From the IMG/VR virus record IMGVR_UViG_3300045988_033553, positions 1 through 59,936 of that record: a stretch of 59,936 bases of DNA; one strand, written 5' to 3'. Below the pieces are notes generated by a model, which saw nothing but the letters and a program-made list of their open reading frames with translations, was not told where the DNA came from and did not search any database. Of this stretch, positions 17,683 to 27,900 are shown piece by piece. Every line of letters begins with the position of its first letter. Within the stretch, counting starts at the first letter, position 1. Source of the stretch: a virus. A program made the translations under genes and the position numbers.

Positions 17683-18048
17683 ATGTACGAAATATTTTTG
17701 AAATTGCTTGAAGAAAAAGGCGTATCTGCATACAAAGTTGGAAAAGCAACTGGGATAGCCGGTTCTACTTTTACTGATTGGAAAACTGGTAGAAGTACTC
17801 CAAAACAAGACAAATTACAGAAGATAGCTGATTACTTTGGAGTAACACTTGATTATCTTATGACTGGAAAAGAACAAAATTCTTCTTATTCTGATGATAT
17901 GGCTGATTTGTTAGTCGAAGTGGCTAGAAGTGATGACTACGATAGAATCAAAAGATTATTAACGTATTTTTCTTCTTTGAGCAATAAAGATAAAGATTCT
18001 GTAGAAAATATAATAAAATCTCTTTCCGAAAAAAGTGATAAAAAATAA
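17683..18048 (+). CDS. XRE-family repressor, CI-like
   Basis: N-terminal HTH GVSAYKVGKATGIAGSTFTDWKTGRSTPKQDKLQKIADYFGVTLDYLM is paralogous to the 61-aa regulator, with an extra C-terminal domain; transcribed away from the early genes. Confidence 0.75.
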   Translation: MYEIFLKLLEEKGVSAYKVGKATGIAGSTFTDWKTGRSTPKQDKLQKIADYFGVTLDYLMTGKEQNSSYSDDMADLLVEVARSDDYDRIKRLLTYFSSLSNKDKDSVENIIKSLSEKSDKK

Positions 18049-18070
18049 GAGCGGTCAATCCCGCTCTTTT
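18047..18070. terminator. bidirectional hairpin terminator between convergent genes
   Basis: AAGAGCGG / CCGCTCTT stem with a 6-nt loop, A-run upstream and T-run downstream. Confidence 0.55.
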
Positions 18071-18195
18071 TCCATGCCAGAAATAAATCTGTAATAAAAC
18101 TTTAGTTTGTTTAAATCCATTTTATCTAACAAGTTTAAAATCATTTCTCTGTATTCTTCTTCTAAGTTTTCATTCTCAACCTCATTTTCCCCCAT
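18055..18195 (-). CDS. small acidic hypothetical protein, 46 aa (moron-like)
   Basis: Hand translation MGENEVENENLEEEYREMILNLLDKMDLNKLKFYYRFISGMEKERD; RBS GGAGGAAATCAAT; has its own promoter. Confidence 0.4.
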   Translation of the reverse strand: MGENEVENENLEEEYREMILNLLDKMDLNKLKFYYRFISGMEKERD

Positions 18196-18240
18196 ATTGA
18201 TTTCCTCCAATCATTCCGCACTTCCGATAGCGATAAACAA

Positions 18241-18269
18241 ATTATAGAACTTATGTTCGATACCGTCAA
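18241..18269 (-). promoter_or_regulatory. near-consensus promoter TTGACG-17-TATAAT (minus strand)
   Basis: Plus-strand attata at 18241-18246 and cgtcaa at 18264-18269; upstream palindrome ACAAACtcGTTTGT at 18296-18309. Confidence 0.55.
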
Positions 18270-18584
18270 CCCCATTTGACAAATTGCTACAAATTACAAA
18301 CTCGTTTGTAGTTGAGGGACAAGAAAACGCCTTATCCCGCCCCTCTGCCAGAACTTGAAGTGCCCTTATCGGACAATTTTATTTTACAAATTTTCCCGCA
18401 AACATTCAATTTCTTTCGGTCGCAAGTTTCGACAGGTAAATTTCTTATTGTCACATAATGTCGATTGATTAGTTTAAATTTTGTTAAAAAATTAATTACT
18501 GGTTGAAAATTATGCATCTGCCAGTTATCTGTGATGAATTTTAAGTGCATAATTTTCCTTTCTGCCCGTAGGCCTGTTATTCAA

Positions 18585-18625
18585 AAGAGCCGGCTACACA
18601 ACACATGGTCATGTAATCGGCTCTT
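18585..18625 (+). terminator. hairpin reusing the same 8-bp stem as the 17433 terminator, with a 25-nt loop and T-rich tail
   Basis: AAGAGCCG at 18585-18592 pairs with CGGCTCTT at 18618-18625. Confidence 0.35.
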
Positions 18626-18666
18626 GGGCTCTTTATTTTATTCTAATTCTACTTTCATTTACATTT

Positions 18667-19005
18667 GTGCCAAGTTTCCTGTTTTCGTTAAACGACGGTT
18701 TAAAGAAATGTGGTATCTATGAACAGATTGCAGGATGGCATTCAGCTTCAGTTAATACGAGCGCTACATTAACCGTTCAGGATATCACAAAATATAGATA
18801 CCTTGTAATTACCGGAAGATATGGCGACGTTGTAAGAGCGACGCATTTTGTAGTGACCTCACAGGTAATTTATGATATGAAAAAATATCAACTCTGGTGG
18901 GGTTCAAAATCTATTGGAACTGTCCAGTTTAATTCAGCTACATCAATTACATTTACACAAGAAGAAATATCATATGCGCCGATGTATGTTTATGGTATTT
19001 ATTAA
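18667..19005 (+). CDS. hypothetical beta-rich protein; no ATG start or RBS (possible remnant)
   Basis: 112-codon open frame from GTG, convergent with the tail-fibre gene. Confidence 0.3.
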   Translation: MPSFLFSLNDGLKKCGIYEQIAGWHSASVNTSATLTVQDITKYRYLVITGRYGDVVRATHFVVTSQVIYDMKKYQLWWGSKSIGTVQFNSATSITFTQEEISYAPMYVYGIY

Positions 19006-19015
19006 GCTGTACTCA

Positions 19016-20968
19016 TTATGATTTACTAATAACTTCCCATGCTGTCCAACCGCCACCACCTGTTGCATTAATAGAACGTCTTGTTCGTATTAAACCATCA
19101 GTTCCGAAATGTACCTGAAAATACCAGTCACTGCCAGTAAACCCATTTGCAGATGTTCCGACAACAAGCACTACTCCATATCCGGGTGCACCTACAGTAT
19201 CTGGTGTTGTTTGATATACACCAGTCCAAGCAGCCCAGTTTGCATCATCGATGTATCCTCGAAGTTTTAAAAACTCATATGTATTTATATCAGATTTCTT
19301 TAAATATGTGGTTGAAATGCTATTACCATCGTGATCTGCATCAGCCCGACCAACACGTACAGCAGGATAGGTGTCGTCAAGTTCATTATGTGCGATCAGA
19401 TTAATTACTTTGTCGCCAGTATCGAATAATGGCGTAAGAGACCCCATAAGTCCAGACCAGTCACCTTTTGTGATTTTTATATACGACTTATTTGCTAAAC
19501 CGTCGTTTAGTGAACTTATCGCCCCTGTACAAGTACCATTTCCGATCTTGGAAATATCCGTCGTTCCAAGCATCTTATAAAGATACCGCACATTTTTGAA
19601 CATCTGTGACACCTTCGCAAAAATTGAAGAGTGTTTTTCGCCGCTTGACAATTTTGATACGCTTGTCCATGCTGACGCTGATCCGTCTGCCACATCACTA
19701 CTCGTAAAAGTTGCTGTATTCTCGGCTGTATCTCCACCGGTTGCCACTGCACCGACGTTTTCTGCTGTGAGTTCTACATTACCCCTGCGGAAAGAATCTT
19801 CATTTACACCTTTAATTCCGGTAACCGGCGTTCCGGCCAATACATCCCACTTATCATCTGATGTTTTGTAGATGTTTGCTCCGGCGGGAATAACGTTACC
19901 GGCTCCCTCCTTGAAATCATCCGTAGTGGTAAATTCATCTGAAATATTGTACATCCATCCTGCATTAACATCTGAAAGTGCCGGTAAATCTGAAAAAGCT
20001 ACCGTTCCATGTGGCTGTAATCCACCTTTAAGGCCTTCGGACACGTCTTTTGACTGTTCGTAATAGTACTTGGCATTGTCGGAATCCTCGCCCTCTCTGC
20101 TCCCGGTACCACCCACAGCATAACTCTGTGCTTTAGTTGCGCTATCTGCTGCAGATTCGGCTTTACTGATGATCTCTGTTGCTTTCTGCGTTGCAATATT
20201 GGCTTTATCTGTGGCGGTACTGGCTGACTGACTGGCAGATGCCGCTTCACTTGTGGCTGTGGCTGCAGACTGACTGGCGGATGTCTCACTGGATTTTGCG
20301 TTAGTCTCGGATGTTGCTGCCGCCGTGGCTGACTTCGCCGCCGCTGTCTCTGACGCTTTGGCATTGGTTTCGGATGTTTTTGCCGCTGTTTCACTGGCTT
20401 TTGCGGCATCCTCACTTGCTTTGGCGTTGGCTTCGGACTTTGCCGCTGCCTGCTGGCTGGACTCCGCTTTTGCCACTTCCACTTTGATTTTCGCTAGATA
20501 GTTAGGCTCTAAATGCTTTTCCTCAATGCTTCCCTCTTTGACAATAGCTGATACCTTTCCGTCTTTGTCAATGTAAAAAGCCACGGTATCCGAATCAAGG
20601 AACTCATACTGTGTAATCAGTGCCGACAGATCTATGTACTGCTTCGTACCATCGATCAGATTCAAAATAATCTGCTGTGTAGTCGGATTGTAATCGAAGT
20701 TGATCGCGATCTTCTCCATCTGCGTGTCGATTGTAATCTTGGATCCGTTCTTTTTCGTGACTGTGATAATTCCCGTCGACTCCTCGAATGTCACGTCTGC
20801 AACAAGAGTTGCCACCTCTGCTTTTGTGGCTTTCATGGTATCAAGAGTGATTACACGATCATCAATAACACCAATGGCTGCGTCCATTTTGTTAAGATTG
20901 CTTTCATTAAGCGGTGTTTCATCACTCGGATAATTCTCCCAATTAATAGCACTATGCGCTTTGTTCAT
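19016..20968 (-). CDS. tail fibre / receptor-binding protein
   Basis: Start at MNKAHSAINWENYPSDETPLNESNLNKMD (typical tail-fibre N-terminus), a long A/S/T/K-rich repeat stalk and a globular C-terminus. Confidence 0.7.
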   Translation of the reverse strand: MNKAHSAINWENYPSDETPLNESNLNKMDAAIGVIDDRVITLDTMKATKAEVATLVADVTFEESTGIITVTKKNGSKITIDTQMEKIAINFDYNPTTQQIILNLIDGTKQYIDLSALITQYEFLDSDTVAFYIDKDGKVSAIVKEGSIEEKHLEPNYLAKIKVEVAKAESSQQAAAKSEANAKASEDAAKASETAAKTSETNAKASETAAAKSATAAATSETNAKSSETSASQSAATATSEAASASQSASTATDKANIATQKATEIISKAESAADSATKAQSYAVGGTGSREGEDSDNAKYYYEQSKDVSEGLKGGLQPHGTVAFSDLPALSDVNAGWMYNISDEFTTTDDFKEGAGNVIPAGANIYKTSDDKWDVLAGTPVTGIKGVNEDSFRRGNVELTAENVGAVATGGDTAENTATFTSSDVADGSASAWTSVSKLSSGEKHSSIFAKVSQMFKNVRYLYKMLGTTDISKIGNGTCTGAISSLNDGLANKSYIKITKGDWSGLMGSLTPLFDTGDKVINLIAHNELDDTYPAVRVGRADADHDGNSISTTYLKKSDINTYEFLKLRGYIDDANWAAWTGVYQTTPDTVGAPGYGVVLVVGTSANGFTGSDWYFQVHFGTDGLIRTRRSINATGGGGWTAWEVISKS

Positions 20969-21161
20969 GGTCCTCACTCTCCCTTTCCTTTGCAAATTTC
21001 ATCTGTTCCCGTTCTACTGTAACCTGTCGGTTTGCTTCTTCCTTGATCTGATATAGAATATCCTTAAACACCAGGTACTTAGCTTCGATTGGGACATCCT
21101 CACACAAATTTACATAATTTATAATGTCGTTTTCAAATTCACGAATTTTTGCATTTATCAT
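20952..21161 (-). CDS. hypothetical protein, 69 aa
   Basis: Intact ORF between the tail protein and the fibre. Confidence 0.5.
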   Translation of the reverse strand: MINAKIREFENDIINYVNLCEDVPIEAKYLVFKDILYQIKEEANRQVTVEREQMKFAKERESEDHEQSA

Positions 21162-23653
21162 AGAATACCTACCGTTTCTTTCAATTCTTTTATTTCTTCA
21201 TATTGCAACTGCACAGTGGCTATCAGATCAGCTATTAATTCTGATTTATCTAGCGCATAATACGTGTTACCATCCTGGTCAGGATTCTCGGAGCAAACTG
21301 CCCAATCTTCATCTCCAACAGATTCCAAAACCTCTTGCGCTATTAACCCATGCCGATAATGCCCAAGAGAATCATAATTGTAAATAAACCTGCACGGGCG
21401 TAAGGATAATATAAATGCAGAACTCTTTTCCCTGTCCAATGACTCTATACCATGCTTAAGCCGGCGGTCGGAATAAGATTCCCAACCATAAGAAGATATC
21501 CCTTTCCCAGTTGATAGCATTTGTGCAATAGTATTAGTTGAAGTATCCTGCACCGTAATGTTTGAATATTGGAATGTTGCCAACCTGGTATCTGCTGCCG
21601 CACTCATACCATCATTTCCCATTTTTACAAGCGTCCCAGGACGTTTTAACTGGATAATATTGTCAACAGATTCCGTTGTTTCAATATGAATCGTCCCGCC
21701 GGTAATCTTTGTGTCTCCATCCAGTTTTAATTTTTTTGCACTGATCTTTATAGATTCGGCTGTCTGATTAATGGATGATATAACATTATCTTTCTGCACT
21801 TTCGTGCTGATTTCTTTTGAAGTCTGCTTAAAAGCACTTGTTATGTTATTTGCTATCAATTTGGCATTAGCATGATACTTCCACATATATGTTGAAGAGC
21901 TGGAACTTGTTTTCTCACATCTCCAAATCGTTCCGTTGTCTAAATTCAGATAACATTTATTCTCGATATAACTACTCGGTTCATACCCCTTTCCCTGATC
22001 TCCATGTCCAAAATAAATAATATCAAATTTACTTTCATCCCAATCCCATGTATTGAGTGAAGAGCTCACTTCCGAACGTATCTGTGTTGCAGTTATTTCT
22101 ATTTTACTGGATAACTTACCCTCTGTTTCACTTGCCCTGCTAACCTCTGCTGTAATATCGTCTGCATTGATTTTAATAGCCGCCGCAAGTTTAACTTCCT
22201 GCCCTTGTGCCCTGCTAACCTCTGCTGTAATATTGTCTGCATTTTGTATAATTCGTGATGATAAACCATCCGTTGTATTTTTAACTTCTGTACGAATTTC
22301 GCTTGCGGTCTGCGTGATCTGTGACTGCAATTCCTTTTCGACATCTGTTATCGTGCTCTGTGTTTTCTCAATGGTCCGCTCCAGCACATTGCTCCTACCT
22401 TTGAGTTTCAAAATACTTTTCTGTATTCCATTCGCTCCATTTGTCCGGTACTCTTCCCCGTCTGCTTCCAGGTCATCACGCAAAGCCTGTATGCCTTTTA
22501 AAGTCCTTTTGAAGATATAGGACTCGATCAGTTCATATCTGGTCGGCAGTCGCACTGCATCCCCGACCTCAAGGCACGGGTTTCCTTTGCAGTCTGCCGC
22601 AAATGGGCGATAAATAATGCCCCTAATCTTTGAGAGCGTATTATTTGCTATTCCAGTCAATTCATCGGTACCTTTTCCATAAACTAAAAAGTTATCCTCG
22701 ATCACATAAGCATTGTCTCCAGTACCCACGATCACACCGATATCATTCTTCTGTTCCCGAATTTGTAATTTATTAATGGTTCTGACAAGATAATCTTCAT
22801 ATTTTGCAGAAACATAAAAACCTTTTCCAATCTGTGTACTTTTTGGATCTCTTGGATACAAATTATCCGCCGGATAAAGATCATTCCTTGGATATAATCC
22901 CTGTATCTCCTGTTCCAGATAAATATAATGAAACTTCCCGTCACGCCCCATGTGCCCCATGCAGGCATTAATTTCACAAATGCAGGACAACACTTCCTTG
23001 CCGCTCATAGATTCGCCTATGGTGCTCGATTCCTCTGTATCAGAACTTGTCTCACTGGATGGCGTGACCGAAACTGTTTTTTCAATAGACATGTTGTCAT
23101 TGATAAGATCAATGTCAGCCTGCTCAATCCCGAAGTGCTTAAAAAAGCTGTCCCGGAATTGCTTCATTGTGACCGGATCATAAACTGTAACAGTCGTAGT
23201 TTTTCCATCTTTATCTTTCTGCTGCTCTTTATGGGCTGGAAAGACAGTGTTATACCATGCTGCCACATCTGCATTTAAAATGTCATAAAGAGCATCATAT
23301 GCGACAACATCACGGCACGTCCTGTCTGCCGTGGGCGTATCAGAATCAACCTTATATCGTCCGAACTGGAACGGGATATCTACATGTCCACCAAGAGACA
23401 TCCTTACCGTCATCCATCTGCCCTTCATTGGCAAAAATGTATTTGACACCGTGAATTTAATCATGGCAGCTTCACATGATCCAAATGTCAATTCCTGTTC
23501 CGAACACAAACTTTCGGTCAATTCGAATTTTTCTTGGTGTAGCTCTGTATTTGTTATATTTATTTTTCCGTCATCAGATACGATGGATAACTGCTTATCG
23601 ACCGTATCTTTTTTGAACAAGTCGCCATATTTATAATTAACCACCGTACACAC
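21158..23653 (-). CDS. tail-associated (Tal-like) structural protein with a C-terminal peptidase S74 intramolecular-chaperone domain
   Basis: 831 aa. C-terminus SDRRLKHGIESL...HGLIAQEV...YALDKSELIADLIATVQ matches S74. Confidence 0.75.
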   Translation of the reverse strand: MCTVVNYKYGDLFKKDTVDKQLSIVSDDGKINITNTELHQEKFELTESLCSEQELTFGSCEAAMIKFTVSNTFLPMKGRWMTVRMSLGGHVDIPFQFGRYKVDSDTPTADRTCRDVVAYDALYDILNADVAAWYNTVFPAHKEQQKDKDGKTTTVTVYDPVTMKQFRDSFFKHFGIEQADIDLINDNMSIEKTVSVTPSSETSSDTEESSTIGESMSGKEVLSCICEINACMGHMGRDGKFHYIYLEQEIQGLYPRNDLYPADNLYPRDPKSTQIGKGFYVSAKYEDYLVRTINKLQIREQKNDIGVIVGTGDNAYVIEDNFLVYGKGTDELTGIANNTLSKIRGIIYRPFAADCKGNPCLEVGDAVRLPTRYELIESYIFKRTLKGIQALRDDLEADGEEYRTNGANGIQKSILKLKGRSNVLERTIEKTQSTITDVEKELQSQITQTASEIRTEVKNTTDGLSSRIIQNADNITAEVSRAQGQEVKLAAAIKINADDITAEVSRASETEGKLSSKIEITATQIRSEVSSSLNTWDWDESKFDIIYFGHGDQGKGYEPSSYIENKCYLNLDNGTIWRCEKTSSSSSTYMWKYHANAKLIANNITSAFKQTSKEISTKVQKDNVISSINQTAESIKISAKKLKLDGDTKITGGTIHIETTESVDNIIQLKRPGTLVKMGNDGMSAAADTRLATFQYSNITVQDTSTNTIAQMLSTGKGISSYGWESYSDRRLKHGIESLDREKSSAFILSLRPCRFIYNYDSLGHYRHGLIAQEVLESVGDEDWAVCSENPDQDGNTYYALDKSELIADLIATVQLQYEEIKELKETVGIL
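22134..22243. repeat. 35-bp direct repeat (1 mismatch) 75 bp apart, in frame inside the tail protein gene
   Basis: gccctgctaacctctgctgtaatat(c/t)gtctgcatt at 22134-22168 and 22209-22243; encodes NADxITAEVSRA repeats. Confidence 0.8.
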
Positions 23654-24053
23654 CCCCTATGAAAGCAAGCCGAACTGAATTGTAACGAATTATCCCATCA
23701 TATGTTCCGTATATTGTAGGCTGAAAATCTGCCATATAGCCGTACTGCGTCACATAATCGTCATATTCCGGGATATACGCTGTGATATAGCATGCTCTTC
23801 CTGCCACATTTGTGAACTGGCTTCTGATATTATTTAAAACCTCATTGAAAGTCTTATTTGTCAGCATTGCCCGTGTCTCAAACTCCACTTTTAATGCCTT
23901 TAGCTCCACGGCATTTCTATGCAGATATCCGTTGGCATCTGTATAATCGTCCAAATCCTGCATGTTGACATATGGACTGTATGTTTCTGCTTTCATAAAC
24001 GACATCGGCACTATGTAATTGCCAATCTTTAACAGCCATCCGCTGTACGCCAT
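23637..24053 (-). CDS. distal-tail-protein-position gene (small Dit-like), hypothetical
   Basis: 138 aa, immediately upstream of the Tal-like gene; call by synteny only. Confidence 0.4.
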   Translation of the reverse strand: MAYSGWLLKIGNYIVPMSFMKAETYSPYVNMQDLDDYTDANGYLHRNAVELKALKVEFETRAMLTNKTFNEVLNNIRSQFTNVAGRACYITAYIPEYDDYVTQYGYMADFQPTIYGTYDGIIRYNSVRLAFIGGVYGG

Positions 24054-24067
24054 ACGATCACCTCCGC

Positions 24068-24238
24068 TTACTTTTCGTTTCTGAATCTATTGATATGGAT
24101 GCCGTTATCATCACTTAAAAATAAGATTTCCGTTTTTCCGTCCGGCAGAATATCCGCCACGACGCAATTATTCGGATTTCCTATTGGTGTGCGACTTTCC
24201 GGGCACTTGCTCCAGTCTATTGGTTTATATTTTTTCAT
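24068..24238 (-). CDS. small hypothetical protein, 56 aa
   Basis: Hand translation MKKYKPIDWSKCPESRTPIGNPNNCVVADILPDGKTEILFLSDDNGIHINRFRNEK; RBS AGGAGAATAGCC. Confidence 0.45.
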   Translation of the reverse strand: MKKYKPIDWSKCPESRTPIGNPNNCVVADILPDGKTEILFLSDDNGIHINRFRNEK

Positions 24239-24302
24239 GGCTATTCTCCTGAAAATAGGTATAAAAATAGCACCTACCGTGTATAATAGGTGCTAAATAA
24301 AT

Positions 24303-24328
24303 CAAAAAAGAAGCGCATCTCTGCGCTC
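24303..24328 (-). terminator. rho-independent terminator after the DUF4352 gene
   Basis: Minus-strand AGCGCA-GAGA-TGCGCT followed by TCTTTTTTG. Confidence 0.6.
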
Positions 24329-24338
24329 CTAATTTCTA

Positions 24339-24944
24339 TCACTGTATTTTTATTACTTCTTTTTCATCAGTCCAAATGTTTGTTTCGTACTCCAATTCTA
24401 TTGATTGTACTGATACAGGAACAGAATAATATGTATTAAAAGAAACCTTTCTGTCAGAAGATAGATTTACATTAAAGAAATCCTTGTCATCCAATGTATA
24501 TACTTGATCGCATAATTCATCATCAGCATAACAATGAAAAGCATCTACTCCAACATATTTATCCGAGCCACCTGTATTTTGGAATGTAAACGAAACCATA
24601 ACATATTTCATTCCGCTTTGCGGAGTGTTTAGACCGTATTCATCGTCATAACCTTTAAAATCTGTATCTATTTCATTGACAACAACATTGAGATCATTTG
24701 TTTCGAAAGAATATCCAGCAGTTACCGGTTTGATATTCGATTTTATTTCAGAATTTTGTTCCTCTTCCGTTACAATTTTCTCTGTGTTTTCGTCTACAAT
24801 TTTGTTTACCTGTTCATCTTTATTTTCCGAATCATTTCCCGCATATATTACCGCTGAAATGACAGCAATAATAAAAATATAAATGACCCATTTTCTGTTT
24901 TTGTTATTGTAATTTGGTTCTTTTAAAAATATCCCCATGTACAT
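24339..24944 (-). CDS. DUF4352-like membrane-anchored protein (moron between the TMP and baseplate genes)
   Basis: N-terminal TM helix WVIYIFIIAVISAVIYA; GMKYVMVSFTFQNTGGSDKYVGVDAFHCYADDE fits the DUF4352 pattern. Confidence 0.6.
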   Translation of the reverse strand: MYMGIFLKEPNYNNKNRKWVIYIFIIAVISAVIYAGNDSENKDEQVNKIVDENTEKIVTEEEQNSEIKSNIKPVTAGYSFETNDLNVVVNEIDTDFKGYDDEYGLNTPQSGMKYVMVSFTFQNTGGSDKYVGVDAFHCYADDELCDQVYTLDDKDFFNVNLSSDRKVSFNTYYSVPVSVQSIELEYETNIWTDEKEVIKIQ

Positions 24945-24998
24945 TCCCCCCTACCATCTGTGATAGGTTAATCCTACCACAAGTGGCGGTATTTGTCA

Positions 24999-27900
24999 TT
25001 AAAATATTGGAACTGGATTTCTCTGTGTTCTTCTTGCTTCACTCTTCCATTGCTTAACTGTACTGTCATATATTACCTTGCCGTCTAATTCAACTTTAAT
25101 TCCGCTGTTTTCACTTGTATTCTGTGCGATTTGTGACAGATATGGTGTCAATGCTTCTGATACTGCGCTTTTTACTCCTGCTTTAATTCCTTCTACGATT
25201 TGGCTGTTATTCGCAACCGCTGTATTTCCATTGCTAAACTGCCCGACCATTTCTCCGTGATTTGCAAAAAATAAACCATCTTCCGGGAAGCCTCCGGTTG
25301 CAAATGTTGGTATTTTCCCGAGGTTAATATTGCCAGCTTGAATTATTTCTTTTCCACCAATATTTACAGAATCCCATGAAAAAGACAGTTTTGAATTAAG
25401 CCACGTTGCAAAATTATTCCATACCTGCTTAATTCCTGCAACAGCATTATCAAATGCCTGCTTCAATCCGTCAGAAATGCCACTGAATGTCCAGTTGTCT
25501 TTCGTAAAATACGGTGCGACATGATTTGTCCACCAAGAACCAATTCCAGATGTACTCCACCAGTTACTAAATTCGTCCCATTTTTCAGAAAGACCTTTTT
25601 TCATTCCGTCTCCCTGTTCATCCCATTTTTCTTTTGTAAACCAAGGTTTTACATGATTTTCCCACCAATTATATATTCCTGTCTTTTGCCACCAATCGGA
25701 AAACTCATCCCATTTAGCAGATAATCCCTCTTTTATTCCATTTCCTACTTCCATCCACTTTTCTTTTGTGAACCACGGGAAAATATTCTCCTGAATGTAA
25801 GTTAAAGCTTCATCCCACTTTTCTTTGATTTTTTCTTTTATACTATCAATTTCTGCTTTCACTGACAGTTTCTTTTCTCCCCAGTAGTTCTTCACATCTT
25901 CCCACCAAGAAGAAATATCATTTTCCGTCGTTGTCAATTTGTTATGAACTGGAAGTTCTACATTCAATCCCCACCATTCTTTGACATTGTCTTTGAACTC
26001 GGAAATCTTCTCTTGTAAATTTGGAAGAACAACATCTGCTCGTAAATCTACATCATCTAATCCGTTTATATTCTTCCATTCATCTATCCACGCCTTTAGA
26101 TCAAAGCTGTCAGGTACATTTAATTTATTAGGCATATTATCATTGAACTCATTTAATGCTTTTTGGAAATCATCTAATGATTTGTAATCTTCCTTTTTAG
26201 GCAGATTTTTGACAAATTCATCAACATTCATTCCATTTCCAATGCCTAATTTGTCCATCACAGTATCATGGCTCAAAACTCCACCGCCATATGTATTAAT
26301 CCATTCAAACGGATTAAGAAGTTGTTTAAAACTTTCCTGAAGATATTGCAGAAAACCGCCTTTTTCATACGCTTTTTTTAAATTATTAACATCTTTTTTT
26401 ATGCTATCTTTTCCAACCGTAAAAGATAACGTTGCCACTACTACAGCAAGTGAAATAGGAATTGCATAAGAGAGCAATGATTTTGCCGCCGTTGAACCAA
26501 AAGCGGCTGTGAATTTCGCTCCTATTAATTTCCCAATAGTCTCCTTGAGAAGTTTCCCTGTTAACAGTTTGCCTGCAAGTTTCAGGGCAAATGCTCCAAG
26601 AAGAATTTCAACTGTCTCAATATCAATGTTTGAAAGAAAATCTTTTACGCCTTTCCAAACATCAGACCACTTGATATTTTCTATCATGGTCTTAATTGTC
26701 TTGTAAACTCCCTGTACCCAAGTATTTATATCTTCTGCAAGTGCTTTAAAATCAAATGTTTTGAAGAATTTATTTATTCCCTCTGCCAGTGATTTTCCAA
26801 GGTTTGACCAGTCAAATGTCTGACCAAAGGAAAGGGTTGCATAAATCGCCGTATTCAGTGCCCCGGCAATCGTTTTACCAACATTTCCAAACAATCTCGG
26901 ATTGATAAGACCATTGAGGAAATCTGCCAAGCCTTTGCCGAAATTTCTTGCCTTGGAATAAATCTTATCCCAGTTGATAGACTCCATAGCTTTTGATAAG
27001 GCATCACTGATGTATTTTCCAAGTTGTTTCAGATTTTTAATATCACTTTCGTAATTTTTGAAAATAGTATCTGTCTTGACGAGTTTACCGCCACTGGCAC
27101 CGCCTGATGCGCCACCGCCGCCGGAACCGTCCGAACCTTTTTTCCCAGAACCATCATTTGTTGTAATCAGTTTCAATTCGTCAAACTGACGGATGCCCTT
27201 ATTCATCTTGTCAATGTTCTTTGCCGCCTGTCCGGTATTGTCAGCAACATCGCCTGCGCTCTCTGCCGCATCTGAAAAACTATCTGCAAGACCTGCACCG
27301 GAATCCTCATATTTCCATCCGAAGATTGCGCCTAAAGCGTTTGTAACCTTTGTGACAAAGCTGATAACAACCAGTAAAACAGAATTGAGTGCTTTTACGA
27401 ATGGTTTGAAAGCATTGATTAATGCTCCACCAATAACACTGCCAAGCTGTTCAAACGACTGTTTTAAAATTCTGATCTGGTTCGCCCACGAATCAGCAGT
27501 ACGCGCAAAGTCTCCCTGTGCTGTCTGCGTATTGGCAAGGACGTACTGATACCGGAGCATTGTCTTTTCAGCCTGTGACATAGACGCAATATCAGAATCT
27601 AATCCCTGTTTCATCGCCCACTCTTTAAGGGTTGCCTGTGTAAGATCAAGACCGTAATCTCTTAATGGACGTGTCTGTCCGGTAAATATTGCAGCTAAAT
27701 CCTGCGACACAACATCCTGATCTACGTCATACAAAGAAGCCATATCAGCAGTTAATTTTGTTAAATTCAAAGACACATCAGCCATGGAATCAGACAGACC
27801 AATATAGCCATCTGTCTGTTTGTTCAAAAACTCATTGGCTTTCTTTATCAAACTGCTGTCAATTCCCATGGCTGTTCCCATTGCTTGGAATCGGCTTGCC

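Noticed and set aside
19999-20415. 138-aa P/Q/R-rich minus-strand ORF inside the tail-fibre gene.
   Set aside because: It is an alternative frame of the GC-rich A/S/T-repeat stalk region of 19016-20968. It is a composition artefact.
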